Origin: an uncultured Verrucomicrobiae bacterium
GTDB taxonomy: Bacteria > Verrucomicrobiota > Verrucomicrobiia > Chthoniobacterales > UBA10450
Reading direction: 5' to 3'
Assembly: GCA_963834385.1 (NCBI GenBank)
Contig: CAWIBO010000002.1
Location: 1,283,967-1,347,966 of the forward strand
DNA: 64,000 nt
Of the stretch, positions 10,790-21,338 are shown piece after piece (the stretch's first letter is position 1; each line of letters begins with the position of its first letter). The translations under genes and the position numbers were made by a program. Below the pieces are notes generated by a model. The model was not told the DNA's origin. It saw only the letters and a program-made list of their open reading frames with translations, and searched no databases.

Positions 10790-12021
10790 CGAGCCTGCTG
10801 GAGGATCACATCCTGTGCCATTTCCACGGTCAAACCCCGGTAAGTTTCCCAGGAAAGCGCGGCCGCTCGCCGGGCCGCCGCGGCCGCCATCTCCGCGCGC
10901 CGGTTTTCCTCGCGAAGAAGAAGTTCGAGCTTCTCCGCAATGGCGGCGGAATCACGGATGGGAACGATAAACCCTTCCTCGCCATCCCGAATCAGATCGG
11001 GGGCGGCGGTGTGGGGAGTCGCGATCACGATGGTACCCTGCGCCATGGCCTCGGTGATGACGAGTCCGAATCCCTCGAAAAGGGAAGGGAGCACCAGAAC
11101 GTCATGAGCCCTGATCTCGCGCAGCAGCTCGGGATGGGGCAGTGACGGAATCCAGCGGTGGCGGCGCACCGCCTCGTCCAGGGGCGGACACTTGTCCGAG
11201 GTTTTCCGTCCGAGCAGGGTCAGTTCCACGGAGCCTCCGAGGGTGGCCGCCGCCTCGAGCAAATAGGAGATCCCTTTGCGCTGGCCCAGCGAGCCCACGA
11301 AAATCACCCTGAGTTTTCCCGCGGACGAAGCCGGACGTCCCGTCATCACGGGGGGCGCCCCGTAGGGAATAATGCTGACCGGAACATCGAGGCCGGCCTG
11401 CTTCAGGGTGGAGCGGGTGAAAGTGCTGGCCACGACGACGTGGCTGGCCAGGCGCAGTTCCGCTTCCTTGCGGGCAAGTTTTTCCTCGCTGTCACGGCTT
11501 CCCGTGAGGGTCATGGACCACGCTGGCTCGCGGAGCGCTTCCTCGGCATAAATGGCGCGGGCGGATTTCCAGTAACCGATCGGCAGGTCGTAAATGCGCG
11601 CCAGCCCAAGGCGCCGGGCCATTTCGAACGAGTGGAAGGCGCCATCTTCGTAGGCATAAACCGCGCGGCACTTCGCGCGCTCGCCCAGTCGCGCGGCCAC
11701 CCGCCGGTCGAGGGCGCGCATCACCTGGTCGATGCTGCAAGGCGCCGTTTCCTTTGCGGCGAGGAAACCCAGGCCAAGGCGGCCGCAAAAGAGGCGGCAC
11801 AATTCCCGGCCCGGCATGGTGCGCGTCACCGCGCCGAGGGAGGAAGGAAGCGCGCGGCGCGCAAACTGTTCGCGAAGTGTCGCCGGCAGCAGGGAGTGAA
11901 GCCGGTTTTCGCGCTCCCAGCGCAGGCAGGTCCAGAATTCATCCAGCAAGCCGGCATCGCGCAGGGCCAGCGCAGCCTGTCGGACATTCTCGTTCCCGGT
12001 GGGATGGGAAAGAACAATCAT
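10786..12021 (-). CDS. Glycosyltransferase family 4
   Basis: Start MIVLSHP; FVGSLGQRKG, PSLFEGFGLVITEAMAQG. Confidence 0.9.
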   Translation of the reverse strand: MIVLSHPTGNENVRQAALALRDAGLLDEFWTCLRWERENRLHSLLPATLREQFARRALPSSLGAVTRTMPGRELCRLFCGRLGLGFLAAKETAPCSIDQVMRALDRRVAARLGERAKCRAVYAYEDGAFHSFEMARRLGLARIYDLPIGYWKSARAIYAEEALREPAWSMTLTGSRDSEEKLARKEAELRLASHVVVASTFTRSTLKQAGLDVPVSIIPYGAPPVMTGRPASSAGKLRVIFVGSLGQRKGISYLLEAAATLGGSVELTLLGRKTSDKCPPLDEAVRRHRWIPSLPHPELLREIRAHDVLVLPSLFEGFGLVITEAMAQGTIVIATPHTAAPDLIRDGEEGFIVPIRDSAAIAEKLELLLREENRRAEMAAAAARRAAALSWETYRGLTVEMAQDVILQQAR

Positions 12022-13025
12022 GATACGACAGACTCCATCAGCTCGAGGTGACGCCGCGCGACAAGCTGGCTTGAGAACGCCGGGAGGTGCCCTTCCGCGG
12101 CCTGTCGCAAAGTTTCGGCGAGGCCCGGTTCGTATAACACCCGCCTGACCGCCGCGGCGAGCAGGTCGGCGCGCCCGTTGGGAAAGGTGATGCCGGCGGG
12201 ACCAATGGCCTCGGCCAAACCGCCTTCGGCCGAGCCGATGACCACGCAGCCGGAGGCGAGTCCCTCCAGGGCCACGACGCCGAAAGGCTCGGGCCAGCGC
12301 GAAGGAACAACCATGATCTGATGCTCGTTTAAAAGCCGGCCGAGTTCTTCGCCCTGCCGGATCCCGGCGAAGGTGACGCAATGGTCGAGGTTCAATTCTC
12401 GGGAGAGAGCCTCGAGCACCGGACGCTCCGGGCCTTCGCCGACGATCGTGAGGTCGACCTCCAGACCGTCGCGGTGAAGGGCGGCCAGCGCCTCCAGGAG
12501 AAGATCGGCCCCCTTGTCGGAGACGAGGCGACCGACGAAAACGAGGGTGCGCGGTCGCGGGCCAGAATTGGTTACGCGGAAAACGTCGGTCCGAAAGGGG
12601 TTCGGGATGATTTCACACCGGACGTCGAGGTCGGCGGCAACAGCCCGGCTGATGGCGGCGTTGGTGACAAACGGAAGAGCGAGCCGTTTGAGCCGGTCAT
12701 TCCAATGCAGGCCGCCGTCCGCTCCTCGAAGCCAGGTTTGGTGGAGGACCACCACGGGTTTGCGCAAGACGAGGGCAGGAAGAAGAACGCGGAGACTGAT
12801 ATTATTCTGGAAGACCACGTCGGCCGATCGGATTGCCGGGAGCAACCGCCGGAGACCGGGGCGGCGAAGCACGAAGAGTCCCTCGTGTTTTTCCGGACCG
12901 GCCGTTTCGGTCACAATCGTGACGTGATGCCCCGCGTCCGCAAACTGTTCCACCAGGATGGCGGAAACGGTTTCAATGCCCCCGACCGACGGCGGAAAGG
13001 CGTAGGAGGAAAAAAGGATGTTCAT
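12018..13025 (-). CDS. Glycosyltransferase family 4
   Basis: Start MNILFSS; PSVGGIE, FVGRLVSDKG, PSRWPEPFGVVALEG. Confidence 0.9.
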   Translation of the reverse strand: MNILFSSYAFPPSVGGIETVSAILVEQFADAGHHVTIVTETAGPEKHEGLFVLRRPGLRRLLPAIRSADVVFQNNISLRVLLPALVLRKPVVVLHQTWLRGADGGLHWNDRLKRLALPFVTNAAISRAVAADLDVRCEIIPNPFRTDVFRVTNSGPRPRTLVFVGRLVSDKGADLLLEALAALHRDGLEVDLTIVGEGPERPVLEALSRELNLDHCVTFAGIRQGEELGRLLNEHQIMVVPSRWPEPFGVVALEGLASGCVVIGSAEGGLAEAIGPAGITFPNGRADLLAAAVRRVLYEPGLAETLRQAAEGHLPAFSSQLVARRHLELMESVVS

Positions 13026-13897
13026 CGAATCGAGGAGGGGGCGCCGAACCGGCCCCAATAAAAGTCAGCGATGGCTCGGCCTTGCGCGCGCAGGGAGAAG
13101 GCAAAGGACCGGTCGCGCTTTGACCTGACCATCTGGCGAAGGGCGGAAACCAGAATGATGCCCGCACGCAGGAACGCGCTGGCCCTGCCGAAGTGGTCGT
13201 GGACGAGGAGAAGTGAATTGCGCGCGAAGAAATAGCTTCGGAGCGGGCTGGACACCCAGGTGCCGGGGTTTACCACGGTGGCGCCCCAGAGCAGGACCAC
13301 TTTCCAGCCGGCGCGGGTGGCGCGCGCGCCGAGATCATGTTCATCGCCATAGGCGAAATAGCGCTCATCGAAGAGGCCGATCTCTTGTAGACATTGCCGC
13401 CGCGCCATCATGAGCGTGCCGTGTGGGACATCGATGACGGTTGGCCCGGCAGGCTGGCCCGGGGGTGCGACCGACTGCCGGACGCCATGCAGCCGGGAAA
13501 GATGCGGAATCGAGCGATCAGGATATTGCGGACAGGCCAGGCCAAGACGCGCATCCGCCTTCCCGGCCTCCAGCAGGCGCTGAAGACAGCCGGGCGCGGG
13601 TATGGCGTCGTGCGCGCTGATAAAACAAAAGTCCTCACCCGCCTCGAGCCAGGGCTTGAGCGCGACGTTAAGCGCTCCGCCCCAGCCAAGATTCTTCGGC
13701 AGCGTGATCAACTCCGCGGTGGTCGGGGTGAGCGCCTTCCGCAGGGTCGCCAGGTTTTCCGGGGTGGAGGCGTTGTCGATGACAACAAGGCGGAGAGCAA
13801 TCTCTTCTTCGAGGAACCGGTGCACCGCGGCGGCGCACTCCTCCGGGCGATTCCAATGCACCACAAAGACCGTAGCGGAAGGGGAAGCGGCATTCAT
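13022..13897 (-). CDS. Glycosyltransferase family 2
   Basis: VVHWN, VIDNAS, NLGWGGA, GLFDERYFAYGDEHDL. Confidence 0.85.
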   Translation of the reverse strand: MNAASPSATVFVVHWNRPEECAAAVHRFLEEEIALRLVVIDNASTPENLATLRKALTPTTAELITLPKNLGWGGALNVALKPWLEAGEDFCFISAHDAIPAPGCLQRLLEAGKADARLGLACPQYPDRSIPHLSRLHGVRQSVAPPGQPAGPTVIDVPHGTLMMARRQCLQEIGLFDERYFAYGDEHDLGARATRAGWKVVLLWGATVVNPGTWVSSPLRSYFFARNSLLLVHDHFGRASAFLRAGIILVSALRQMVRSKRDRSFAFSLRAQGRAIADFYWGRFGAPSSIR

Positions 13898-14973
13898 CGG
13901 GCGAGTTTCGCGATCAGGGCGCCAGCCTCTCGACGGCCCGCCCGTTCCCGATACCATTGGTGAAACGTGAAGGCCGTCTGCGGCAAATGCTTTGCGGAAG
14001 GAAGATGCATCTCCCGAGGGGAGATCCAGGCCGGGTCGGGCAGGCTGCCCCCTTGATAACGCTTCAGCGGATGGGGAAAGACGGGCAGGACCCCATGCGC
14101 GCAGCAGGCGGTGAAGATGCTCGATTTCATCAGGATCTCCATGGGGCGATCGGGCCGGTCGAAATAGTCGAGCCAGGCCAGGGCGGATTCACGAAGAACG
14201 GCCGCGGCCTCGTCGCGGGCAAGGGCCGGGAGAAAAACAGTTTCGAGGGAGGGTTCCGCCTGCAGCCGGGCCAGGAGTTCCCCGTCTGGCCGACCGCCGA
14301 AGAGAGTCAGTTTTTTCGGGGCCAGTTCCGGCGGCAACCGACGGAACAGTTTCAGAAACGAAGAGAGAGAACGCCGGACCAGGGCGGGACCGCCGCAGAT
14401 GACCCAGCGTTGCGGATCGCGCGCGGCAAGGTCGGCCAAGGTCAGATCACTTTCGCCGAAGTTGGAAGAAATGGGCTGGAGGGTAATTGTGGCGCCGGGC
14501 GCGAGCGCCTGCAGTTGATCGGCCACGATCGGATTACTCACGAGAGAGACGTCAGAGCGAGAGGCCAGGGCGGAGGCGATCTGTTTTTGCACGCCCTGCA
14601 GCCAGAAGGCGCTCCGCCAGGGAGGCCCCGACGCGTAAAGTTCATGGAAGAAAGTGAGCCAGCGCGCCCCCGATCGGGTGGCTCGCGTCCGCTGCAGCCA
14701 GGGAAGCAGCCATCGCGGCACGCCGCGCGGCTGGTAGGCGTAGTTCACATAATGGAACAGCACCAGGTCGATCCCTTCGAGGTCGAGACCCGGAACATGG
14801 AAAGGAAGCACCGGAAAATCCTCCACGGGACCGGGATTGGTCTCGGAAAAAATGCAGAAGGAGGTCTCGATCGACTGGGAGACGCGCAGTTCCCGGGCGA
14901 TGTTCAGGGCGTAATCGGAAACGCCGCCAAAAGAGCCGGGACGATCCGGCACGATCTGGAGCAGCCGTTTCAC
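13894..14973 (-). CDS. Divergent GT-B (GT4-like) glycosyltransferase
   Basis: GTG start VKRLLQIVP; GGVSDYA, FFHELY, KSSIF; lacks canonical EX7E. Confidence 0.6.
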   Translation of the reverse strand: MKRLLQIVPDRPGSFGGVSDYALNIARELRVSQSIETSFCIFSETNPGPVEDFPVLPFHVPGLDLEGIDLVLFHYVNYAYQPRGVPRWLLPWLQRTRATRSGARWLTFFHELYASGPPWRSAFWLQGVQKQIASALASRSDVSLVSNPIVADQLQALAPGATITLQPISSNFGESDLTLADLAARDPQRWVICGGPALVRRSLSSFLKLFRRLPPELAPKKLTLFGGRPDGELLARLQAEPSLETVFLPALARDEAAAVLRESALAWLDYFDRPDRPMEILMKSSIFTACCAHGVLPVFPHPLKRYQGGSLPDPAWISPREMHLPSAKHLPQTAFTFHQWYRERAGRREAGALIAKLAR

Positions 14974-16181
14974 GCGTCGGCCCGCATGGTTGTTCCGCGG
15001 ACTGGGCTTGCCGGGGTCAGAGCGGCCCGGTAGGCCTCGAGTGTCTCCGCCGCAATCTGCGACCAGGAATAATCGGCGGCGCGCGCCTGACAGCGTTCGG
15101 CCAGCTGTGCGTAATCCGGACCGTGCATGCGCAGGAGTTCGACGATGCGCCGGGCAAGAGCGGCAACGTCCCCGGCCGGGCAGAGCAGTTCCCGCCGCAG
15201 CGGCGCCAGGATCTGTCGCGGCCCGGAGACATCGTAGGCCACGCAGGGAAGACCGGCCGCGAGCTGTTCCAGCACGGCAAAGCCGAAACCCTCGACATAG
15301 CTCGGAAAAATTCCGAGGACGGACGGTGCCAGGAGCGCAGGCAGCTGTTCCGGTTCGAAGTCGCGCACCAGCCTGATCGCAGGGTCGTCCCGTTCCACCT
15401 TCAGGTCGGCCCGGACCTGGTCGTCGCTGGTGAGAGTGCCGAGGAAATGAAACTGGACCGACGGAATTTCGCGGCGAACCCGCTGCACGATCTCCGCCCA
15501 GTCCCGCGCGCCTTTGCGCACGCTCCACATGCCGATGAAGGAGAGGATTTGCCGCTGCTGACGCTCGAGGGCGGGGTTGCTGGCGCCGGCGAGGGCGCGG
15601 CCGAACTCCGCAGTGAGACCGTAGGGTTGGACGAGAAGGCGCGCCTTGATCGTGGGATCCGCCTGCAGGAGCGCGTTCTCATCGCTGTTTGGGAGATTGA
15701 TCAGGTCGGCTTCCTGGAGCGAGCGTTCAGCCGCGCGGCGCATGCGGGAGGAAATGAGCCGGTAAAAGAAACGTCCGAGAAAACGGCCGCGGGGCTGGTT
15801 GGGCCAGCGAGTGTGGGCGAGCCGCGCAAATTCCTCGTAGGCGCGGGGCAGACCGACGGAACGGGCCACGAGCAGGCCGCGAAAGCCGAGGCTGGCGCGC
15901 GGGAACGGCAGGGTCCCGGCGAGGGCGTCCACGACGTCGTAACGAGAACCGGCCTGGCGAAGAAAGCGGCCCGCGCGCACGGCGAAGCGGAGCTGTCGCA
16001 GCGCGGTCAGGGCGGGCTGCGACGTCTCGGAGGGGAAGGCGTCGGTCAGGCAAAAAATATCGACGGTATGCCCGGCGCTGCGCCATTGCCCGGCCAGTTC
16101 CGAGAAAACGCGGACCGCGCCCAGGCGGCGGTCCCAGGGCAGATTCAGCACCATGAGGATGCGCAGGGGCCGGTCGTTCAT
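14970..16181 (-). CDS. Glycosyltransferase family 4
   Basis: IGMWSVRKG, PSYVEGFGFAVLEQLAAG. Confidence 0.9.
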   Translation of the reverse strand: MNDRPLRILMVLNLPWDRRLGAVRVFSELAGQWRSAGHTVDIFCLTDAFPSETSQPALTALRQLRFAVRAGRFLRQAGSRYDVVDALAGTLPFPRASLGFRGLLVARSVGLPRAYEEFARLAHTRWPNQPRGRFLGRFFYRLISSRMRRAAERSLQEADLINLPNSDENALLQADPTIKARLLVQPYGLTAEFGRALAGASNPALERQQRQILSFIGMWSVRKGARDWAEIVQRVRREIPSVQFHFLGTLTSDDQVRADLKVERDDPAIRLVRDFEPEQLPALLAPSVLGIFPSYVEGFGFAVLEQLAAGLPCVAYDVSGPRQILAPLRRELLCPAGDVAALARRIVELLRMHGPDYAQLAERCQARAADYSWSQIAAETLEAYRAALTPASPVRGTTMRADA

Positions 16182-17014
16182 CGGGGAAAAGTGCTCCAGA
16201 ATTTATGCCGGACCGGGTTCACGTAGTGGCGCAGGACGAGGGAGGGTGCGGCGTAGCGATCCGGATAAACGAATTGATCGTCGAGCTGCAGGACGAAACG
16301 GGCGGGATCAAGCGGGGCGGCGCCGTTGGCGTGCAGGACGAGGTGGGTCAGAGATTGATTGGTAAAAAAATTGGGCGGGCCCGGCAATGAAAGAAAGCGA
16401 TCACAGGCCACGGTCCAGTCGAGAGGACGAAAGAAGATGAGGAAACCGGTGTTCACCGGGGTCTGCTGCTTTTCCTTCTGGTTTAGGACACGTTCGTCGG
16501 CGGAGAGCTGGCAATCGGCCAGATAAAGGGCGGGGGCGCCGCCGGGCTCGGCGAGCAGCTCAGGCAGGGCGGCGGCGCCGGCAAAAAAGCGGACATCGGA
16601 ATCGGTATAGATCACAGGTTCGTCCACCGGCAGGGACATGATCAACGCGAGTTGTTTGCCGGTGGGATGGGAGGTGAGATAGCGCTGCAGGCCGGCGGGA
16701 GCGGCCGGCTTGAACTCCGAGACGGCGCGGACGCCGACACAGGGGTCGATCGAGGTGAGGAAACGGCGATCCGCCGGCGAGATGGTGCCGTCGCTAACGA
16801 CGGTAAACCGGCGCGGCCGGCCGGCGTGGCGCAGGAAGGAGCGAATGGAAGCAATCTGCTCCGCGAGGCCGGCAGCGCCGCAGTAGCTGTAGACCTGAGC
16901 GGCCAGCGGGCGGGGCGCGACCCGGACCGGGCCGCGCAGGCTGCGGGTGGCGAAGTAGAGCCGCCGAAGAGCGTCACCGCGGGCCCGGGCAAAATGGTAG
17001 CCGAAATTGATCAT
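16178..17014 (-). CDS. Putative GT-A fold nucleotide-sugar transferase
   Basis: IYTDSDV (DxD), VNTGF, NQSL and C-terminal HY resemble GT8-like enzymes. Confidence 0.55.
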   Translation of the reverse strand: MINFGYHFARARGDALRRLYFATRSLRGPVRVAPRPLAAQVYSYCGAAGLAEQIASIRSFLRHAGRPRRFTVVSDGTISPADRRFLTSIDPCVGVRAVSEFKPAAPAGLQRYLTSHPTGKQLALIMSLPVDEPVIYTDSDVRFFAGAAALPELLAEPGGAPALYLADCQLSADERVLNQKEKQQTPVNTGFLIFFRPLDWTVACDRFLSLPGPPNFFTNQSLTHLVLHANGAAPLDPARFVLQLDDQFVYPDRYAAPSLVLRHYVNPVRHKFWSTFPR

Positions 17015-18336
17015 GTGGGTCCGTCCGGGAGGGGGCGGCGGAAGCCGCGGTAACTCAGCACGGCATTCACCAGGAGGTTGGGAGTTGCGGAAACGAGATT
17101 GAAAAGGAGAACGCCGTGCACGCTGGAGAGATCAAGAAAGGGGATGAGGGCCGCCTGGGTGGCAAGGGTGAGGGGGATGTAAGTCCAGGAACCGGTCACC
17201 CAGGCCTTGGAGGCATTGAGCGACCAGACTGCGCTGGTGAGCGCGCTCAGGACGGAGGCCGCCACCATGAGCAGGAGCTCGTTTTCGAGGTGCGCGTATT
17301 TGTTGCCGAGGATGAAGAGGAGCTGGTGCGGGAAGAGGAGAGCGACGAACAGGACCGCGGCGCTGAAGGCGGCGACCGCGCCCACGATCCCGGTATAAAG
17401 CCAGCGCAGGGTGCGGGCGTTGTGACACCGGGCAAAGGCGGGCACGAAAATGTTGGCCAGGAGAGTGCTGAGAACGGTGAAAATCATCCCAAGGCGGCCC
17501 AGCGCTCCCACCTCGGCGACCGAGCTGGCGCTTCCGCTCAGGAGACTGATCAGAAGAATGGTGATCTGTCCCTGGAAGCAGTAGAAGAGGGCGTTGGCCG
17601 CCTGATTGCGGATGAATCCCATCATGGCCCGGCGGTCGTCCGGGTTCGCCTGCGTCCGGAGATTGATGACCCCGGCGACGTAGCGCCGGAGAAGAAGATA
17701 CTGGAGGAAGAAGGCGACGGTGAAGACGGCCACGGCCACGCCGGCGTTCAGGAAAAAGAAGACAAGGACGAGGAGAATGGCGAGACGGACAAACGCGCCG
17801 GTCAGGTCGATCATCTGGATGACCCGGATGTCGGAGCGCAGCCGCGGCACGACCCCGAGGACCCCGACGGAGAGCTGCACCCCGGCGCCGAGGAGGACGA
17901 TGCCGGTGAGGAGCGCGGTATAACCGGCAGAGGCGCCGTTCTTCCGGAGCATGTAAATGAGCACCGGGGTAACGACGAGAACGGCACCGACCCCGAGGAG
18001 CCGCCGGAGACGCAACCCGGTGACGATGAGCTGGCCAAAGCGATCGCGATCATGCCAGACGCGGCCGCCAATCGAGACCAGGCCGATGCTGATGCCGATA
18101 TCGGCCAGCAGGTTGATCGTGCCCTGCATGGTGTTGGCGATGGTGTAATAGGCGTATTCGCTCTGGCTGAGGACGCGCACCAGGAGAATACCGGCGAGGA
18201 AGCCGACCACCTGGACGAGGCCCTGCACGGTGATGAAACCGGTGACGATGCGGGCCCGGGCAAAGGCCCGCCGGAGGCCGGGTGCGTTCAGTTCCGTCAC
18301 GGGCGAGGAAGGCGGCGTCGGTCCGAAAAAGTTCAT
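17011..18336 (-). CDS. wzx: Wzx-type flippase / polysaccharide biosynthesis membrane protein
   Basis: About 12 TMs, LVRVLSQSEYAYY, ADIGI; directly downstream of wzc. Confidence 0.8.
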   Translation of the reverse strand: MNFFGPTPPSSPVTELNAPGLRRAFARARIVTGFITVQGLVQVVGFLAGILLVRVLSQSEYAYYTIANTMQGTINLLADIGISIGLVSIGGRVWHDRDRFGQLIVTGLRLRRLLGVGAVLVVTPVLIYMLRKNGASAGYTALLTGIVLLGAGVQLSVGVLGVVPRLRSDIRVIQMIDLTGAFVRLAILLVLVFFFLNAGVAVAVFTVAFFLQYLLLRRYVAGVINLRTQANPDDRRAMMGFIRNQAANALFYCFQGQITILLISLLSGSASSVAEVGALGRLGMIFTVLSTLLANIFVPAFARCHNARTLRWLYTGIVGAVAAFSAAVLFVALLFPHQLLFILGNKYAHLENELLLMVAASVLSALTSAVWSLNASKAWVTGSWTYIPLTLATQAALIPFLDLSSVHGVLLFNLVSATPNLLVNAVLSYRGFRRPLPDGPT

Positions 18337-18453
18337 GACGCCTTTAGGAGGAGGGCGCAGGGCGACGGAAAGGAGTCCGCGGGCGGCGGGGCGGAGGAGG
18401 GAACCGGCGCGGGCTGAGCGCGGCGGCGGGAGACGGCGAGGCGGGGCGCGTTT

Positions 18454-20598
18454 TTAGACGCGTCGCCCTTCTTCATGGCGCGAAGCCCCCACGCTTTCGC
18501 GCTCCTCTTTCTCGGTCGGCACGTTGTAGTACTCGGAATACTGGTAGTAGTAGTATTCCGGCAGCGAAGTATCGACCTGATTCAGGATGACTCCGGGGAC
18601 ATTGACCTGGCGATTGTAAAGCAGCTCGAGTGATTTGCGGGTGAGCCGGGCCGAGGTGTAGGAGAGACGCACGACGAAGAGAGTGGCGTCGATCTTGGGC
18701 GCGAGGCTGGTGGTATCGTCGGCCGCGAGGACAGGCGAGCTGTCGATCAGGATGTAATCGTACTGGCTGTAGATTTCCTTGATGAAGTTTTCCGTGGAAT
18801 CGCGCAGGAGATGCTCGCTCGGCTGGGAGATGGATTTGCCGCGCGGCAGAAGGAAAAGGTTCGGGTAGGAGGTGGGCACGACGACTTCGCGCCAGTTGAC
18901 CTCCTGTTTCAGGACCTCGGCGAAACCGATCCTGGAAGAGATGCCAAAGGCCTCGCGAAGCGCGCCGCGCCGAAGATCGCCATCAATCAGAAGGGTGCGG
19001 GCGCCGGAAAGCGCCATGGTGATGGCGAGGTTGGAGGAAACGGTCGATTTGCCCTCGTTGGGAACCGCGCTGGTGATGAGCAGGGTTTTCGGGCGGGGAC
19101 CGTCGTAGGGCATGAAGAAAATGGAGGATCGGACGTTGCGGTAGGATTCCGCAAAGATATGCCGGGCATCGTCCGTCTGGAGGAGGGTCACGTTGCCCTT
19201 GGTCTTTTCTCGCGGAATCTGGCCGAGGACGTTCTCGGTGAAATGGTGCTGGAACTCGCTGAACGAGGCCATGCGATCGTCGATCCGGTCGAGCAGGAGG
19301 AGGATGGCCAGGCCCGCGAGGGCGCCGAGGCCGAGACCGATGAGGAGACTCTTGATCAGGCCGGGCCGAACCGAAACGGGCGCGGTGGCCTGTTCCATGA
19401 TGGCCACCTGATCGTTGCTATCGACGATCTTGGAGACGTCGACGTCCTTAAGGTTGTTGGTCAGCCGGTCGTACAGAACCTTGAGCCGGTCCACCTTTCC
19501 CTTGAGGCGGTTGTACTGGGCCAGGCGCTGGCTGAGGTCGAGTGCCTTGGCTTCCCATTCCTTGATGTTGGTCTGCAGGTTTTCCATCTGTTTGCCGATG
19601 GAACCCCGGCGGTTCTCAAGCTTCTCGACGGTGTCGGCCCGGTAGAGGGAGATGAGGTTTTCCTGTTTCGAAATTTCGTCGTTGAGCCGGAGGATTTTGG
19701 GATGCTTTGGACGCAGGTCCTTCGCCAGGGTGTCACGCTCGGCCTTGAGCAGCTGGAGATTCTGCTTGGCCTTGAGGTAGTCACCGCCCGGCCCAAGGTC
19801 GGCAAAGGAGAAGGCATTGGAATTGGCCTCGGCCGCGGTCGGGGCGCCTTCGTCGGCCTGGCCGCTCACGCGATCGAGGTTCTGGTCGAGATCGAGGAGG
19901 TTAAGCAGGTCGTGCTCGGTTTTGAGCTGGGCAAATTGCTGGTTGAGCTTGACCAGGTAGGAGGCGGCGCTGTTTCCCTCTTCCTGGAGAAAACCGATGT
20001 TGTTCTCCTTCTGGAAATCGAGCATCTCGTCCTCGGCGTTGCGGAGATCCTTCTCCGTCTGGATAAGCTGCTCGGTGATGGCGGTGGTGACGGTCTGGCC
20101 CTGGTCGTCCCGCATGGTCTTCTTGAAGTCGAGATACTTCTGCATGACCGCGTTGAGGAAGGCCTGGGTATAATCCGGGGAGGGTCCGATGGCGGTGAGG
20201 TCGAAGATGGAAGTGCGCGGCTTCTGCACCACGGCAATTTCCACCGGGACCGACTGCATCTCGGGGTGGGTGGAGCGGACGAGCGCCTCGGCGCTGCGGC
20301 GCACCTCGGCGCTTTGCATGAGCTGGATCTGCGTGCCGTAGAAGTTAACGTTGTCTTCGCTGTAGACCGCGCCCTGGGCGAGATTGAGCTTGCCCGCGAG
20401 CATCATCTTGGCCGCGGAAAGGAACTGGGGCGGGGTCTGGTAGATCAGCCAGGCCTGGACGAACATGCCGATGCAGATGGTCAGGACCGGAATCCACCAG
20501 CGCCGGGCGAGGAGCGACCGGTAGCGGTGCAGCCTCGTGACAAGCGAGGTCGACCACGATACAGGCATGGTGCGGTCGGCGGGGGCGGAGGCGTCCAT
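18454..20598 (-). CDS. wzc: Polysaccharide co-polymerase / BY tyrosine autokinase
   Basis: Two TMs flanking coiled coil, Walker A SAVPNEGKST, IDGDLR, ILIDSSP, tyrosine cluster EYYYYQYSEYY. Confidence 0.93.
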   Translation of the reverse strand: MDASAPADRTMPVSWSTSLVTRLHRYRSLLARRWWIPVLTICIGMFVQAWLIYQTPPQFLSAAKMMLAGKLNLAQGAVYSEDNVNFYGTQIQLMQSAEVRRSAEALVRSTHPEMQSVPVEIAVVQKPRTSIFDLTAIGPSPDYTQAFLNAVMQKYLDFKKTMRDDQGQTVTTAITEQLIQTEKDLRNAEDEMLDFQKENNIGFLQEEGNSAASYLVKLNQQFAQLKTEHDLLNLLDLDQNLDRVSGQADEGAPTAAEANSNAFSFADLGPGGDYLKAKQNLQLLKAERDTLAKDLRPKHPKILRLNDEISKQENLISLYRADTVEKLENRRGSIGKQMENLQTNIKEWEAKALDLSQRLAQYNRLKGKVDRLKVLYDRLTNNLKDVDVSKIVDSNDQVAIMEQATAPVSVRPGLIKSLLIGLGLGALAGLAILLLLDRIDDRMASFSEFQHHFTENVLGQIPREKTKGNVTLLQTDDARHIFAESYRNVRSSIFFMPYDGPRPKTLLITSAVPNEGKSTVSSNLAITMALSGARTLLIDGDLRRGALREAFGISSRIGFAEVLKQEVNWREVVVPTSYPNLFLLPRGKSISQPSEHLLRDSTENFIKEIYSQYDYILIDSSPVLAADDTTSLAPKIDATLFVVRLSYTSARLTRKSLELLYNRQVNVPGVILNQVDTSLPEYYYYQYSEYYNVPTEKEERESVGASRHEEGRRV

Positions 20599-20603
20599 GA
20601 GAA

Positions 20604-21338
20604 CTAGAAATTGACCAGCCGCTGCGGCACGTAGATCTGGTCGTCGGGCTGGAGGACGACATCGTCCTCCATGCGACCGCGCTCGATCACATCCTTGAGA
20701 TTAACCACGAAGGATTCGCCGCTGCGCCGCGTAATTTTTACCTTCTTTTTGTCGGCGAAATCGCCAAAACCGCCGGCGCGAATGATGGCCTTGCTCGCGG
20801 TGTAGGTCTCATCCGGCGGAATCTCCTGGGGCCCCTGGCCTTTGACCGAGCCATAGACATAAACCTTGCCGCGCGACTTCTCGCTGACGCGATCCACCGC
20901 GAGGATAACGGTGGCGTTGTAATAGTATTCCTTCTCGAGCATGCCTTGGATCGTGTAGGCGAGCTGCTTGCAGGTCTTTCCGGAGGCGGGCACCAGGCCC
21001 ACGTAGGGAACCTCCAGTTCGCCGTTATCGTTGACGCGGAGGCGCTGGGACTCCTCATCGCGGTCCTCCACGACGCGGAAGCTGACGAAATCGTTAGGGC
21101 CGAGCTGCTTCTTGTCGTCCAGGACGGTCATGGAATTGGTGCGCATGACCGTGCTGGAAACGGGAGGTGGTTCCGCCGCGGTGGCGCGGGGCACCATCCC
21201 CATGGGAGTGGGTTCCTGGGCGAAGGCCGTCCCGGCCAGGAGAGCCGGGAACGTCGCGATGACCGCAACCTTCAACACCCATGGAGAAAGAGGATGACAA
21301 AATCCCTCCGGAATAAATCTAGAAACTGTACGTCGCAT
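20604..21338 (-). CDS. Polysaccharide export protein (Poly_export + SLBB, Wza-like)
   Basis: LGPNDFV, VNDNGELEVPYVG, VYVYGSVK, AGGFGDFA, LQPDDQIYVP; start uncertain. Confidence 0.85.
   Translation of the reverse strand: MRRTVSRFIPEGFCHPLSPWVLKVAVIATFPALLAGTAFAQEPTPMGMVPRATAAEPPPVSSTVMRTNSMTVLDDKKQLGPNDFVSFRVVEDRDEESQRLRVNDNGELEVPYVGLVPASGKTCKQLAYTIQGMLEKEYYYNATVILAVDRVSEKSRGKVYVYGSVKGQGPQEIPPDETYTASKAIIRAGGFGDFADKKKVKITRRSGESFVVNLKDVIERGRMEDDVVLQPDDQIYVPQRLVNF

Noticed and set aside
9362..10843. Long antisense ORFs (this one, 18811..20607, 27479..29167, 31521..33011, 55637..57778 etc.)
   Set aside because: Shadow frames of well-supported genes in high-GC DNA; no motifs
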